Part shown: piece after piece, positions 38,258 to 52,653 of the stretch | How positions within the stretch are numbered: position 1 is the stretch's first letter | Layout of the letters: each line of letters begins with the position of its first letter | Source of the DNA: Octopus vulgaris | Lineage: Eukaryota | Direction of reading: 5' to 3' | DNA length: 64,000 nucleotides | Assembly: GCA_951406725.2 (NCBI GenBank) | Contig: OX597815.1 | Location: 1,488,001-1,552,000, forward strand | The notes under the pieces: generated by a model | Told to the model about the DNA's origin: nothing | The model's input: only the letters and a program-made list of their open reading frames with translations | The model's database searches: none | Program-made: the position numbers and the translations under genes

Positions 38258-39600
38258 CGAGGTGGTATCAAAAGGTTCCAGAACTAGTTATACTTAAATT
38301 TAAAAAAAAAACTTGATTGCCTCAGTTTTAGCATCATCTCCTTCGAAATAGTCAGCTTTCGCAGCAACACCCAGGTCCCAGCGTTCTTGCCATTTTCGGA
38401 ATCCAGCCTGGAAGTCGTTTTCCGTAAGCGAGTCGAGGACCTTCTGCGATTTGCTCCGGATCACGACAACAGTGTTAAAACGGTGACCTTTCAGCTGCAT
38501 TTTCATTTTGGGGAAGAGACGGAAGTCCACAGGTGCTAAATCTGGTGATTAGGGTGGGTGCAGGAGCGATACCTTGTTGTTTTTGGCGAGAAATGCACGA
38601 GCGAGTAAGGGGTCAGTGACAGGGTGCATTGTCGTCGTGAAGAATCCAATTCTTCACGCTCCACACATCCGGTCGCCTTCGCTGAATGTCCTCCCCCAGA
38701 CACTTCAAAATGCTGCTGTAGAACTCTCGATTGACTGCCTGGCCCTGGGGGACAAATTGATGGTCTGGCTCTGGGGGACAAATTGATGGTCTGGCTTTGG
38801 GGGAGGAATTGATGGCCTGGCTCTGGGAGAGGAATTGATGGTTTGGTCCTAGTGGACAAATTGATGCTCTGGCCCTGGGGGACAAATTGATGGTCTGGCT
38901 TTGGGGGAAAAATTGATGGTCTGGCTCTGGGGGAGGAATTGATGGTCTGATCCTAGGGGACAAATTGATAGTCTGGCCCTGGGGGACAAATTGATGGTCT
39001 GGCCCTGGGGGACAAATTGATGGTCTGGCTTTGGGGGAGGAATTGATGGTCTGGCTCTGGGGGAGGAATTGATGGTCTGGCCTTGGGGAAGGAATTGATG
39101 GTCTGGCTCTGGGGGAGGAATTGATGGTCTGGTCCTAGGGGACAAATTGATGGTCTGGCCCTGGGAGGGTTGAATTCCAGATGCACAATATCACATTTTC
39201 GGCGGGTGACGTTCGTGGCAGGTTTTCCAGATCGCTCCTCATCTTCCAGGGACGCTCTTCTGCATTTCAAGTGCTCGTGTCACTCAAAACGCAGCGTGCG
39301 ACCCTTGCCTGGTCGCCGTAAACTTGCCTAAATATGCTTAATTTCTCCGTAGCAGACTTCCCAAGTTTAACGCAAAATTCCACGTTGGCTCTTTGTTCCT
39401 GTCCATGACAAAATCGCAGACTACAGCATACACGTGATCACAAAAACACAAATTTCACAACTTATGAAGTAAACACAGCAATGTCACCCGGCACCCTGCC
39501 TCATGAAGTTCACTGTTAGCTCTCACTGCGCACGCAGCCATGTGCTGCCATCTGTTGGCACGCTACAAAATTAGTTCGGAATCTTTTTGATATTACCTTG
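38258..39600 (-). mobile_element. Mariner (DD34D) transposon with decayed transposase
   Basis: TIRs cgaggtggtatcaaaagg / ctttttgatattaccttg with TA on both sides. Motifs WILHDDNAPCH and DFRLFPKMKMQLKGHRF. Confidence 0.9.
38739..39168. repeat. 26-bp minisatellite, ~16 copies
   Basis: Unit ctggccctgggggacaaattgatggt and variants. Confidence 0.95.
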
Positions 39601-40208
39601 TATAATCGAAAAGCCATTTCAACCTTGACCACCTCGCTCTTTATTTTAACCATATCTAGGATTTCATTAGCGAATATTTTTTGTCTTCTTTGAGACAATG
39701 GATTGTGATTTGAGTGAAGTTTGGCTACTTTTTCTTGTAGGTCGCGCGGCTAGGCACGGCTTTCTTCGCCGGTTCGAACACAAGAGGTTTAATAGAAAAG
39801 TTTATTCCAGCAACTAACGCCGCCGAGTAAAAGCGTATTGTGGTTTTAATTAGAGAATGGAGTCTCCTCATAAAAGAAAGGTTTGTGGTTGCCAAAACAA
39901 GGGGTTATTGAAAGGTTATGAGAATAGGGACTGAAATAGCTGGTGCCATGTTTGGCAATAAAACACTGACGTGGAAACGGTTTACACCTTTGGTGCCTCT
40001 GGCTAAAAAGACTGGCAGAATGGAATTGAATGAAAGAAGGAAGTATTAGAAATGAAGAATCGATACCAAATATTGATTTCTGAGAGAAGTTTGTTTAGAA
40101 ACGTTCATAGACAATCGTTTAGTTAAATCGTTGAATATCATTTTCTAATTATCAAACTGTCAATCAGTCAGTCTGCCTGTCTGTTCTCTCTTCCTCTCCT
40201 TCTCTTCC

Positions 40209-40245
<37 letters not shown>

Positions 40246-40470
40246 CCATTAATCCATCTATTTGACTGTCTATGAGGGTCTCTATGTATTTATCTGCCTG
40301 TTTGTCTGTTGTCTGTCAGTCTGTCTGTCTGCCTTCTGCTTCTGTCAGTCTATCTATACACATACGAACATATGCAGACACACATATATACACACACATA
40401 TATATGTATACATATATCTGTATATATGAGTGTGTGTACATGTATGTATATGTATATGTATATGCATGTG

Positions 40471-40568
<98 letters not shown>

Positions 40569-40651
40569 GGTCCCGGGTTGATTCGGGTTAACCACAGTAA
40601 GTAAGGTACTCAATACATAGCAGAGTAAAATTAATTTATTATATAGAAGGA

Positions 40652-40700
40652 GCTTCTACAGGACTAGTACTGTTTCATTCAAGAGAAATCTTCAGGAAGC
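40652..40700 (-). ncRNA. Type I hammerhead motif in the left arm of a palindrome
   Basis: GCUUC-CUGAAGA-U-UUC(UCUU)GAA-U-GAAA-CAG UACUAGUC CUGUA^GAAGC. Confidence 0.55.
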
Positions 40701-40764
40701 ACAGGAGCTTCCTGAAGATTTTCTTGAATGAACAGTACTAGTCCTGTAAAGCTCCTTCTATATA

Positions 40765-40814
<50 letters not shown>

Positions 40815-41039
40815 GTGTGTATGTATGTATGTATGTATGTGTGTATATATGTGTGTGTGTCTATATATATATATAATATAAATAATATACATGTGCATAT
40901 ATACATACGTATATGTACATACATCTATACGTATATATAAGCATGTGGGCACAGAACACACGTTTCATGACGTCCTGTGCCCGCATATATTTATATATAC
41001 ACGTGTAGATGTATGTATGTATATATGCACGTATGTATA

Positions 41040-41084
<45 letters not shown>

Positions 41085-41266
41085 TCTTTACTCACTCTTT
41101 TACTATTTTACTTGTTTCAGTCATTTGACTGTGGCCATGCTGGAGCACCGCCTTTAATCGAGCATCTCGACCCCAGGACTTATTCTTTTGTAAGCCCAGT
41201 ACTTATTCTATCGGTGTCTTTTACCGAACCGCTAAGTGACGGTGACGTAAACACACCAGCATCGGT

Positions 41267-41379
<113 letters not shown>

Positions 41380-42271
41380 GTATGCGCAGTTACGGTTGCA
41401 TGGTTAAGATTGCTTCCCAACCGCATAGTTCTCGGTTCAGTCCCACTGCGTGGCCACTCGGGCAAATGTCTTTTACTACAGCATCGGACTATAAAGTACC
41501 CATTAAAGAGCTCCACCTATAATCTTTGAGTTAGAACTCCCTACACCCCATCACACTTCAGAAAAGGATCTTGTGAAATTTAATGTACGGGTGTCACTGG
41601 CTACAAAGCTCACAGATTACCTATAAAGGATATAAGAATGGAGAGGATACTTTGAAAATAATTCATGTGACATCCTTACACGTTTTTCAGTGACGATTAC
41701 AAAACGAGGACATAAAATCTGGTCACCATTTCGTCAGAGAATGTTATGCGAAATGCAGAGACCCTTCAATTGGTATGTAGTTGTAATAGCTCAGGAAATT
41801 GAGAGAAGCTTACATGTAAAACATAGACAGAATGTCTGGGTTGATTTTAAAGATAAACGGGGGAAATGGAGGTAGAATGGACTAAACAGAAGAGAAGGTG
41901 AGACGTGGGTTGGAGAGCTGATGGAAGTAGAATGCTTCACTGTTAAAGGGTTTTTATCGGAATGGTAAGTAAAGCCGACATCAACAACAGCAGGTAAGAG
42001 AGAAAGAGTTTGAAAGCTGTAGTCAGGTTTGATCAGCCATAAAACGGAATAGTTAGATAGGTAGACAGATTGGGGGATGGATGGATAGATAAACAGACAG
42101 ACAGACAAACAGACAGATAGATAGACCGACAGACATATAATTCTGTCTTGAATACCTCCTTGTTGTGAAGCACGTGTCTAATCGAAACCACATCATTACA
42201 GCATCATTTGACCGAAACTGGTTAGACACATCGATGTTTTAATTGCTTTCATTATATATGACATATATGAA

Positions 42272-42503
42272 AGGCGGCGAGCTGGCAGAAACGTTATCAC
42301 GCCGGGCGAAATGCTTTGCCGTATTTCGTCTGCCGTTACGTTCCGAGTTCAAATTCCGCCGTGGTCGACTTTGCCTTTCATCCTTTCGGGGTCGATAAAT
42401 TAAGCACCAGTTACGCACTGGGGTCGATGTAATCGACTTAATCCGTTTGTCTGTCCTTGTTTGTCCCCTCTGTGTTTAGCCCCTTGTGGGTAGTAAAGAA
42501 ATA
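42272..42503 (+). mobile_element. Family B SINE with TSD
   Basis: Full copy with atatatgacatatatga duplicated on both sides. Other copies at ~18460, 25005, 36261, 44794 and 54790-55203. Confidence 0.9.
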
Positions 42504-43218
42504 AATATATGACATATATGATGTTTGTATGTATGCATGCATGTATGTACGTATGTATTATGTATGTATGTATTATGTATGTATGTATATATACATACAT
42601 AATATTTATCATACACACGTAGATACACACACACAAACACATATATATACTTTCGTTGAACAAATTGACCCCAGGACTGATTTTTTCTAAAGCCCGGGTA
42701 CTTATTCTGTTGGTCTTTAGCCGAACCGCTAAGTTACAGGGACATAAATACACCAAAACCATTTGTCAAGCGGTGATGGGGGACAAACACAGGCACAAAG
42801 ACACACACACACATACACATGAAACTTAGTTTACATTATTAAATATAAGATCTTTCTTTACCAATTCTTCGTTGTTCTGTTGTTTGGTGATGTTGTCAGC
42901 TGCGAGGTGTAAAGAGTTTCTGGAGGATGACTTCTTTATAGAATTTGGAAACTGAAAAGTTTTGACTGATTTTTACCAATGAACTAAAGTTGAAACAGCA
43001 GATGAAGAACAAATTGTTATTTAGTTTAATAAATTATATCAAAGAATTCAAAATGGAGTTAAAGCCGTTAATCTATCAGAAATTGAAGTTTCAACCAGTT
43101 TCTGCACCAAAAAAGTGTCACAGTGAAGACGCTGGAGATAATGGCAATTTTCCAGAAAATACCGAAAAAAAAGTTAGTGCAACAGTCATTTAAGTACCGT
43201 TTCCGTGATTTTGCTAAA

Positions 43219-43610
43219 TCTCTCTATATAAAGCTGAAGTTGTCTGTGTATGGCAGGTTTGGTAGCCTTCAACTAACACTCTCTCCTCCAAGACCCTGCA
43301 GCGCAAGTTGACCAAAATTGAGAGTACGATAGAAGAAAGTTTGCTCTTCCTTCCGTAGAAGAAAAAATTCAAATCGGACCATGTTAACATCAAAAATTAT
43401 TTACATCAAACGGATGCTTTTTTTTAAAATGAAAATCCCTATTTTTTACGATTTTTGTACTGCTGTGTCGCCATTTTTCGGTGTATTTCAACCAGAAAAA
43501 TGTTCACTTAAAGAGAATAACAAGCTACATAAAGCAAAATTTTTACTTTTTAAAAATTCCAATTCTAAAGGGTCGAAACAAACCCGAGCAACGCCGGGCG
43601 ATACTGCTAG
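43219..43610 (+). mobile_element. Non-autonomous Helitron
   Basis: A|TC start, 3' hairpin cccgagcaacgccggg, CTAG|T end and no TSD. A close copy lies at 63343-63746. Confidence 0.9.
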
Positions 43611-46600
43611 TTCTAAATATTTGCATTAATGGAACTGTTTTTACTTGGTGAACCAAAAAACACGAAATGCCCAGTAACGTGCGACAAGAATTTATTATTT
43701 TCAAAATTCATTATTGAAAATGCGATGAGCTTCCTTCAGTTTCCAACATGGTTAGCGTGATTAGTTCCTGGTGTTCAATACACGATCAATATTTTTCAGA
43801 ATCACGAAAATTTGTCCCGAATCCCGTCCGTCATTTCTTCAAATAGGAATAAATATTTACATCCTGGAAACAAGTGTCGCGGTTGACTGATTCAAATTTG
43901 AAGAATTCTCTGCTGCTGTTCTCACTGATTAATCCAACTGCCATCATGAACTTTCTTGGAAACCAGAACAGACTCGCCCTGTTGAACGCCAGAACCGGAT
44001 CATTGGGTATCTTCTGTGGTGTCTGCTCTGTCGTAAGAATTCGGGTTAGTTTTACGGTTTGAAGATAACCTTTTTTCTTCCTTCCGTCATCTTGGGAAGC
44101 CCTAAAAATAAAAAAAGGGTCAAGGACGATGCTCTGCTTTCTCTGTAAAACAAACGATAACATATTGTTTTGCATCAAATCATTTATGTCATATATAAAT
44201 TCTAAATGTATCCATGGCAACAGATTTTATACAAGGATTGAATGTTTGGTGCAAATATGATACATTTGAAATCAGCGTTTCATGGAATATACAATGGTGA
44301 TTATCCCTAATCCTGAAGATTCCAATTTTGTTTTGTCTTTATATTATGATGTGATTTTGTCAAAAGAGCAATCTGGAATGTCAGGGAGGACCGCAGCGAA
44401 TCGAAACTGATCTTGGACGTATTCAAGATCTGTACCGGATTATCAATTTTGCCGGATTAAAAGAAGCTACGTAATTCAGAGTTAATCAAATCATCCTTGA
44501 AGATTACTGCTACCCTATAAATAACATTTTCCCTTCACAGCACACCTTGGTTTATTCAGTAGAAACACGTTATAAAGTTGGAAACATTCTTCAAGACTTC
44601 CGCCTCAAAAGAGATGAAACTTTGACGGCTCAACTCGATGTTTTGGGACTCGTAACCACTCATCCATCCATCAGTGTCTTGCAGACGCTATCATGGCGAA
44701 ATACTCTCCCTTAACAGCATATTGTCGAGGAGGAGGAGGAGGAGGAGGAGGAGGACACACAAGGAAAAGTACAAGTGAACCCGCTCTATATTACTGGCAG
44801 AAACGTTAGCACGCCGAGCGAAATACTTAGCAGTATTTCGTCTGCCGCTACGTTCTGAGTTCAAATTACACCGAGATCGACTTTGCCTTTCATCCTTTCG
44901 GGGTCGATTAAATAAGTACCAGTTACGCACTGGGGTCGATGTAATCGACTTAATCCGTTTGTCTGTCCTTGCTCGTCCCTTCTGTGTTTAGCCTCTTGTG
45001 GGTAGTAAAGAAATAGGTATTCATATTATTGATACTGGATCAGACTTGAATCCCGAAAATGGATGAGCGGAACAAAATGCTTCCAATTATTGAGTTCCAG
45101 CCGAGGCAGAAGACAACAAATATTCCATTCAAAATTATTGTCGATTTAATTGACTCAATTATTTTTAAACAAACTATGTACATTCATATTAATACGCTAG
45201 TGTACATTCAGACGTGGAAATAACTTTACTGCGGTAACTATCATGGATAAGAAATTCTCCTTATAGACAATGAGTGTGTAGACACCGAGACGGGCTATGA
45301 ATGATGTCATAGGACAGTATGACACGTGTTTCACGCCGTTACGCTTCATCAACTGCAGACATCGAATCCATGGTTCATTGTCCACAAAATACTGTTGCCC
45401 TTACCTGTAAACAGCAAGTAATACATTTGTTGTCGTGTGCAAAGCTTTTTCAGGCTGAAATTATTTAATTGAATGCACAATGAGTAGCAACAGTTAAAAT
45501 AAAGCTGTGTACATTGATATTTAACACGATCGTGTACATTCGTAGGTGGGAAGAGCTTCGCAGCGTTAACTGTCACGGAAGATAAATTCATATAGACACT
45601 AGGTGTCTCTAGTTGACCACCAATTTAATTATTCACTGAAATATCTGATGTAACAGAGATGTTTGATGCGGTCTAATGTCAAAAATGAACAATGAAGTGT
45701 ATTCCGGATTGATGGGAAGATCGCTCAAAGAAAAAGTAATATTTAAACAAAAGTCTACAACAGAATTTGTTGCACAACAAAGAAATAATTTTTTGTCACT
45801 TGGTTCGCCGAGTAGAGCTTTGGTCTCTTTAAAAATATCCAATCAATATTTGTCGATCGCAAAAAAATACCAAATTCTACGACAAAATTTGCTGTAAGAA
45901 AAAGAAGAAAAGAAAAGAAATTCTCGCTCTTCTTTTTGACTTTTGACTGCGCCAAACATCTATGTTACGTAACGTTAGATATCTAAGTAGACCAACAGAT
46001 TGACGATGGTATGGGAGGCGGGGATACGACTACAGAAAAAACTGAAAGATAAACAAGAATAGCAAAAATAATAATAACAGGGAGAAAGAAATGAAAGACA
46101 AAACGAGAAGATGCGAGAAATACTTCCGCTTGAAGCACGCAGAGACAATGGCGGCTTTTATCGATTTGGGAAATATTTGGTCTGAGTGATGAAGTTAATT
46201 GATGGAATATCTGCTGCCAAAATAAACAAAAGAATTCCTTCTGACTGATGTTTGAAGACGTTATGAATGTGGAAAGAGTTCAAATAAGAATCTTATGTAA
46301 CCTGCACATGTTAATGCTAAAGACTGTGAAGTAATGTGGGGCGGGGTGAAGGAAGAAGGATTCAGTACAGTATTTATTATAGAGCTGAGGTTACTCCCTG
46401 TGACTACTCAGATTTCCATGTGTGAATTATGTTCATGATCATACACGCATAAACAGGTGCCCGCATGCACACAGACACACACGTGTCAGTGTGTGTATGT
46501 ATACATTTTGTGTTTTGTTTATACGTTCATTTTCTGAGGGACAGCATCCGAAGATAGCTTCTTATACGATGCCGAGTGTTAAAGAATACCTGAATGTCAC

Positions 46601-47081
46601 AGATTCGCCGTGAATGACCGAGGACGGTAGATATTTCGCCATTATTGTGGTTTATCGACAACACCATGTATTCAGATGACGGCCAAACGAAGTGAATCGC
46701 TTTTCTTTTGCATGTGCTACGCCGCAACACATCAGAAAATACACTTTACTCTATTTGCATATAAGTCCCAGACTAACGATTTATTTCGTTTCGTCGTAAT
46801 CCGAGTATGTGCTATTAAGCCACAATATTGGCGAAATATCGATATCTACCATTCTTGATCACCTTGGAGCGAGTTGTCTCGTCTGGCCTAAGACAATCGG
46901 AGTTCTTTAACACTCGGTGTCGTGTAGGAAACTGTGCTAGATGCTATCCCGCAGCAAATTTGGCGTGTAAACAACACACCTACACTTTGTATGTACGACT
47001 GTTATTCTTTACATTGCTAGAACTGCTTTTAATTTGTAATCTAAAAACTATGCATATACCTGCCCATCTACCTACCCACCT

Positions 47082-47144
<63 letters not shown>

Positions 47145-47667
47145 ACCACCGTCATCAGCATTATAACTCACCAAGAAGACACCAATTTTAACAATTAGTA
47201 AATGAACAAGATATTTTTTTTAATCTTGAAGAAATTTCCCAAAGACGGGGCTGTTATATTTACTTTAAATAAAAGAGGCAAATGTCCCAAAAATTGTAGA
47301 ACTTTTTCATTGGCAAATAATTCAAAGCGAATTTTCCTGGCATTAAATGAATCATACTAAAGTCTGGATCTCATGGCTTCTGATCTTGGCTGATTGGAAG
47401 TGTTATCATGTACATTGGTTTGTCTTCGTATAAAAGATGGACTACAGCAAATATTCTGCTCAATACCACAGATTTGCTTGTCAGTTGTTTGACCGTAACC
47501 ATTTGAGCATGTCCCTTAGTGGCTGATGATATGTGCATCTCTGATCACGAGCAGAAGTAGTGGGGGAGCATCATAGCCATGTGTTGAGAGGGATTCTTAG
47601 AGGACTGGATAATTCACCTTTGGAAATATGGGTGTTTCGTTCAAATATCCTTAAACAACCCTTATTC

Positions 47668-47827
<160 letters not shown>

Positions 47828-48704
47828 AGAGAGAGATGCAGAGAGAGGCAGAGAGAGAGAAACAGACAGACAGACAGAGGCACAGAGAGAGAGACGGAGA
47901 GAGTGATGGTGAGAGAGTGATAGTGAGAGAGAGGTTGAGAGACAGAGAGAGAGAGAGACGGTGAGAGTGATGACGAGAGAGAGAGAGTGAGAGACAAACG
48001 GGCAGACAGAGAGAGAGACAGAGAGAGACGGAGAGAAAGATGGGGAAAGAAAGAGAGGGAGGAGGAAGAGAGGGGGAGAGAGACGGGGAGAGAAGGATAG
48101 ACATGCAAATTTAGACAATGCAAGAGTCATGGTCAGTGTGGGGGTTGAATGTAGTTTTACCCAGGAAGGTTGACCTAGGGTTAAATAATAACAACAACAC
48201 CATGACGGTTGTTGTTGTTGTCGCTGCTGCTGTTGTTGTTGTTGTTATTATTGTTGGTGTTGTTGTTACAGGCGCAGAGGAAGCGTTCCATCTTCTACGC
48301 ACAGCTATAAGGAGTCATCAAAGACACTGCAATATCGATGCTATGGCTGCCATAACAAAACAAAAGGGGAGGGAGAGGGGGAGACGGGGGGAAAGAGGGA
48401 GAGGGGAGAGGGGAGAGTGGGAAGAGGGAGAGGGGAAAGAGGGAGGGGGAAAGAGGGAGAGGGAGGGGGAGAAGGAGGGGGAGAAGGAGGGGGTGTTGCT
48501 ACCATTTTCTTTGGTTTCGTTTCTTTTTTTTTTCTCACCTGAAAATGTAATTAAAATATGTCACCGTGTTGTTGTTGTTGATGATGATGATTCCGTTATC
48601 AGTTGCATCGTCATTATAAGTGTCAGCATCATAACAGTGATTGACACCAACACTAAAGCCCCACCACCACCACCACCATCATTAACACCATTATCCTCAT
48701 CGAT

Positions 48705-48756
<52 letters not shown>
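48705..48756. repeat. (CCG)n array, ~17 units
   Basis: Seen directly in the sequence. Confidence 0.95.
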
Positions 48757-48879
48757 TCATAGCCCTTATCACGGTTCGGCCCTTCAATGAAAGGTACTTC
48801 AATGACGCAGCCTTATTCCACAGAGATTCAATTATTCAAATATTAAAACTGTCGGTTTCGGTCGATTCAGTTTATTACT

Positions 48880-49110
48880 CCGTCGGTAGCGACGAATTAT
48901 GTAAGTGGCTGAGCACTCCGCAGTCACGTGTATCTCCCGGAGATTCAGCGTGACACAGAATGTGACATGGTTGGCCCCCATGGAATTACAGGTACGACTC
49001 ATTTTTGCCAGCTGAGTGGAGTGGAGCAATAAAGTGAAATAAAGTGTCTTGCTCAAGGACACAACTCGCCGCTGGGAATTGAACTCACAACCATACGATC
49101 GTGATCCGAA
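48880..49110 (-). mobile_element. tRNA-derived SINE related to family E
   Basis: Minus strand gagttcaattccc B-box and tgtgtccttgagcaagacactttatttcac. Confidence 0.65.
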
Positions 49111-49305
49111 TGCTAAGGGTTTTGTGCAGAAAAATTTGCACAGCATATATATAAGATCATTAATTAATGGACATGTTTATAGGCAAGTTACGCTATAAGC
49201 CAACAATGTATTGCTGAAACAATTGTAAACTATGAAGTAAAAATATCGCGAACTTCAATCTTCAATGTTTATCACACACACACATATATATATATATACA
49301 AACAT

Positions 49306-49338
<33 letters not shown>

Positions 49339-50110
49339 CATACAAACATACACAAAAAGAATCATAGAACGAACTTAGACACTCCAAATACAATCAACAT
49401 GTGAGATTGCTTTTATCTCCATTCCAGCGATGGAGTTTGTGTCGCTGTTAGAAACCAGCTCCTTCCTCAGGGAAAGAATTTAAATTATCAAAAACAGAAG
49501 AGGACACACACACACACACACACACACACAGTGGAACCAAATTATTATTTCCAGCACCGTATATTGTAGAATACAGACTCATACATTCTACAAAAAGCTC
49601 ATATAATGTACAATGTAAGCACATACGCCATAGAATACAAACATATGCCATACAAGAAAAAAAAACCATGTATTTATACAAATAAACACAAATTGTACAG
49701 AACAAACACCGTCAAAAAAGCACATTAAATCAACGTTTCACGCCATTTTGTGTGTCTGTCCAAATGCGGCACTCATCACCTTCAACCAAAGCTTTCAAAT
49801 AGATAAAAGATTGTTTTTCTCAAAATTTGTTCAGAACCCCATCAATGACGTCACTCGCCATCGACCAATCAAAGAAATGTTTGTTCTCTATCTGAGATCT
49901 AGACGATTCCATGGTTACCGTCAATAATAGTCGCAGCTTCAAAAACCAAGCACATTTCCTTTTAGCATCACTTTGTGTCTCATCTTGAAATTCAGCGTCT
50001 GTGTGTGTGTTTGTGGGAGGGATTGTGTGAGAGTGCAATTTCATATGTGTGTGTATGTGTCTGGTGTGTAGGCGCGTGTGAGTGTGTGTGTGAATCCATG
50101 GCAAGAGTAC

Positions 50111-50170
<60 letters not shown>

Positions 50171-51403
50171 CTACTTCTGATATTTCAACTTTATCTATTT
50201 TCTCCACTGAGCATCATTTTGATCGTAAAAATATCTTTTTTATGATATTCTAAGAATATTTCAAATTATTTTGTGAGACGCCAAAAGGAGATTTGTGTGT
50301 TAACATAATGGACCTCCGTCATTTGCGACGATGACTATTCGGTTGTTTGATCATGCTCATTGAATTAACGTGCATGTTTCTGCGTATTCCAAGCACGAGT
50401 ACGTTTAAGCCACTGACAGCCTGCACCTTTTAATTACTGGTATGATCCTTTTAATTACAGGTATGATCCTTTTACTCAGAAACCTGCAAACGACATTACT
50501 TTATATCCAGATTCCAGAGTTCCTTAGGTGCACAAATGCTGGGGTGGGGGATATTACGAAAGAGAAGAAATGGGAAGCAACACGCATACACATATTGACA
50601 TACCTCCACACATAAACAGCCACACACGCACACACACACACCCGCACGCACACACACCTGCAATTGACTTGGGTCGACGCAAAGTCGTAAAGAAAAGAAA
50701 CTTGCCCGCGATGTCCTTCACTGCAATCGAACACAGGACCTCGAGATGGCGTAACGAACTTCTTAACCATTTGACCATAAAAAGTGAGACGGTCGTGGTT
50801 GGAACGCCTGTTGATGAGAGTTGATCTGGGGTTTAAATGAAGCAACAACAATTAAAATACTGGAGAAGAAGCTGAGCGGAAATAAGGTTTACTTCTTGGT
50901 TGTGTCTGTAGCGAAGGCAATCATCTGTAAACAATTGGGTCCTCATAGCAGGCCGTACGTACTGAGCCAAAGAAGGCACCTTTACGCCTCTGTTGTGTGT
51001 GAGTTTGTGAGTGTGTATGAATGAGTATGTGTGTGTGTGTGTGCGAGAGAGAAAGAGAGAGAGAGAGATTGTGTAAGAGTGCAATTGTGGGCGTGTTTGG
51101 CGAGTTTGCGTGCGTGCGTGTGTGTACGTGTGTATGAGTGTGTGTGTGTATGTGTGTGTGTGTGCACTCTTACACAAAAAGTAAGACGTGTAGATTACGG
51201 ACTCATTTGAAGGAAATGATGTGTTTGGGTAGTGGTGGAGGGTGGCAGGGTCAGACTGGAATGTGCAGAAAGCACATAAAATAGTGAGTGGAGGGGGTAG
51301 CATGGAAGGATAGCAGGTAAGGGGGAAGGAAAAGCAACTGATATGCAAGAAATAGCAGCTAAATCTCTCTAAACTCATTATAATGACCGGGCTGTATATA
51401 TAT

Positions 51404-51440
<37 letters not shown>

Positions 51441-51557
51441 ATATCACCGTGACCAACCAGGCTATCAGATGTTGGTACACATCGCTGGTTACAATGCGCT
51501 TCGCATTGTTTTAGCCTTCAAATGACGCCACCCCGCTGGCTAAGCGAGCAGGCCAGT

Positions 51558-51599
<42 letters not shown>

Positions 51600-51704
51600 T
51601 GCAAGCGTGGCACCTTGGGCAAGTGTCTTCTACTATAGCCACTGCCGACCAAAGGCTTGTGAGTGAATTTGGCCGGCGGAAATTAAAAGAAGACCATCGG
51701 GTAA

Positions 51705-51766
<62 letters not shown>

Positions 51767-52329
51767 ACACACATATATATATATATATATAAATACATAA
51801 ACACATAAGGAATCCACTCGTGGGATTCAACACGCTAGAAAGAACAGTTAGGTTCCATAATCACAAAATTAGGGATAAAATCCCGACGGGAACGAAATGA
51901 AAAAATGAAACATTTTACCATCCAGTTTCCTGGACAATTGGTTTCTGATTTTAGTTTAGCAAATAAAATAATATTCGCTAGGTGAAACCATCGTCAACAG
52001 GTACACCTTAGATTAAATATATAAAACACGTGGCAATCAATTATATGCGTCTTGTTTATACATCCTAATTTGTTCAAATTCTACTGCGCAGACGCAGCCC
52101 CTCGTCAGCAATAAAAAAAATGCCAACTTTTAAAATTCGAAAATTATCCAAAAACTTACAAGACTTAATCATATCGAAGGGAAATGGAAATTAATAGAAA
52201 TTTTCTCTTCCAGTGGCCTAGAGTGTATAAATTTAGTGCAAAGACTATGTATTAGTCATAAAATACTGTGTACATTTAAGCACATAAGGAATCCACTCTT
52301 GGGATTCATCACGCTACAAAGTACCTGTT

Positions 52330-52609
52330 GATGACGATTTCACCTCACTCTCGATCTGATTTCACCTCACATCGGCGCCATCTCACTCTCGCTCCTACAA
52401 CTAAACTCCTCGTTCTCTTTCAGCTAGTCCTTCTACCCCCAGCCTTGTATTCCCCCGCTCTGTCTCCGACACCTCCGTTAACTTCCTTGATGCTTCCGTT
52501 TCCGTTGACCAACCCTGCTTTACCACTTCTATCTACTGGAAGCATACGGACTCCAACTCTTAACTTCACTTCCTCCCACCTCACCTCATCCATCTCCTAG
52601 TCTCAGTTC

Positions 52610-52653
<44 letters not shown>

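Noticed and set aside
38739-39168. CRISPR-like regular repeats
   Set aside because: The units are head-to-tail with no unique spacers, there are no cas genes and the context is a eukaryotic transposase.
43831-44220. 129-aa minus-strand ORF
   Set aside because: It has only a faint resemblance to a decayed Tc1-like transposase, with no catalytic motif or splice support.
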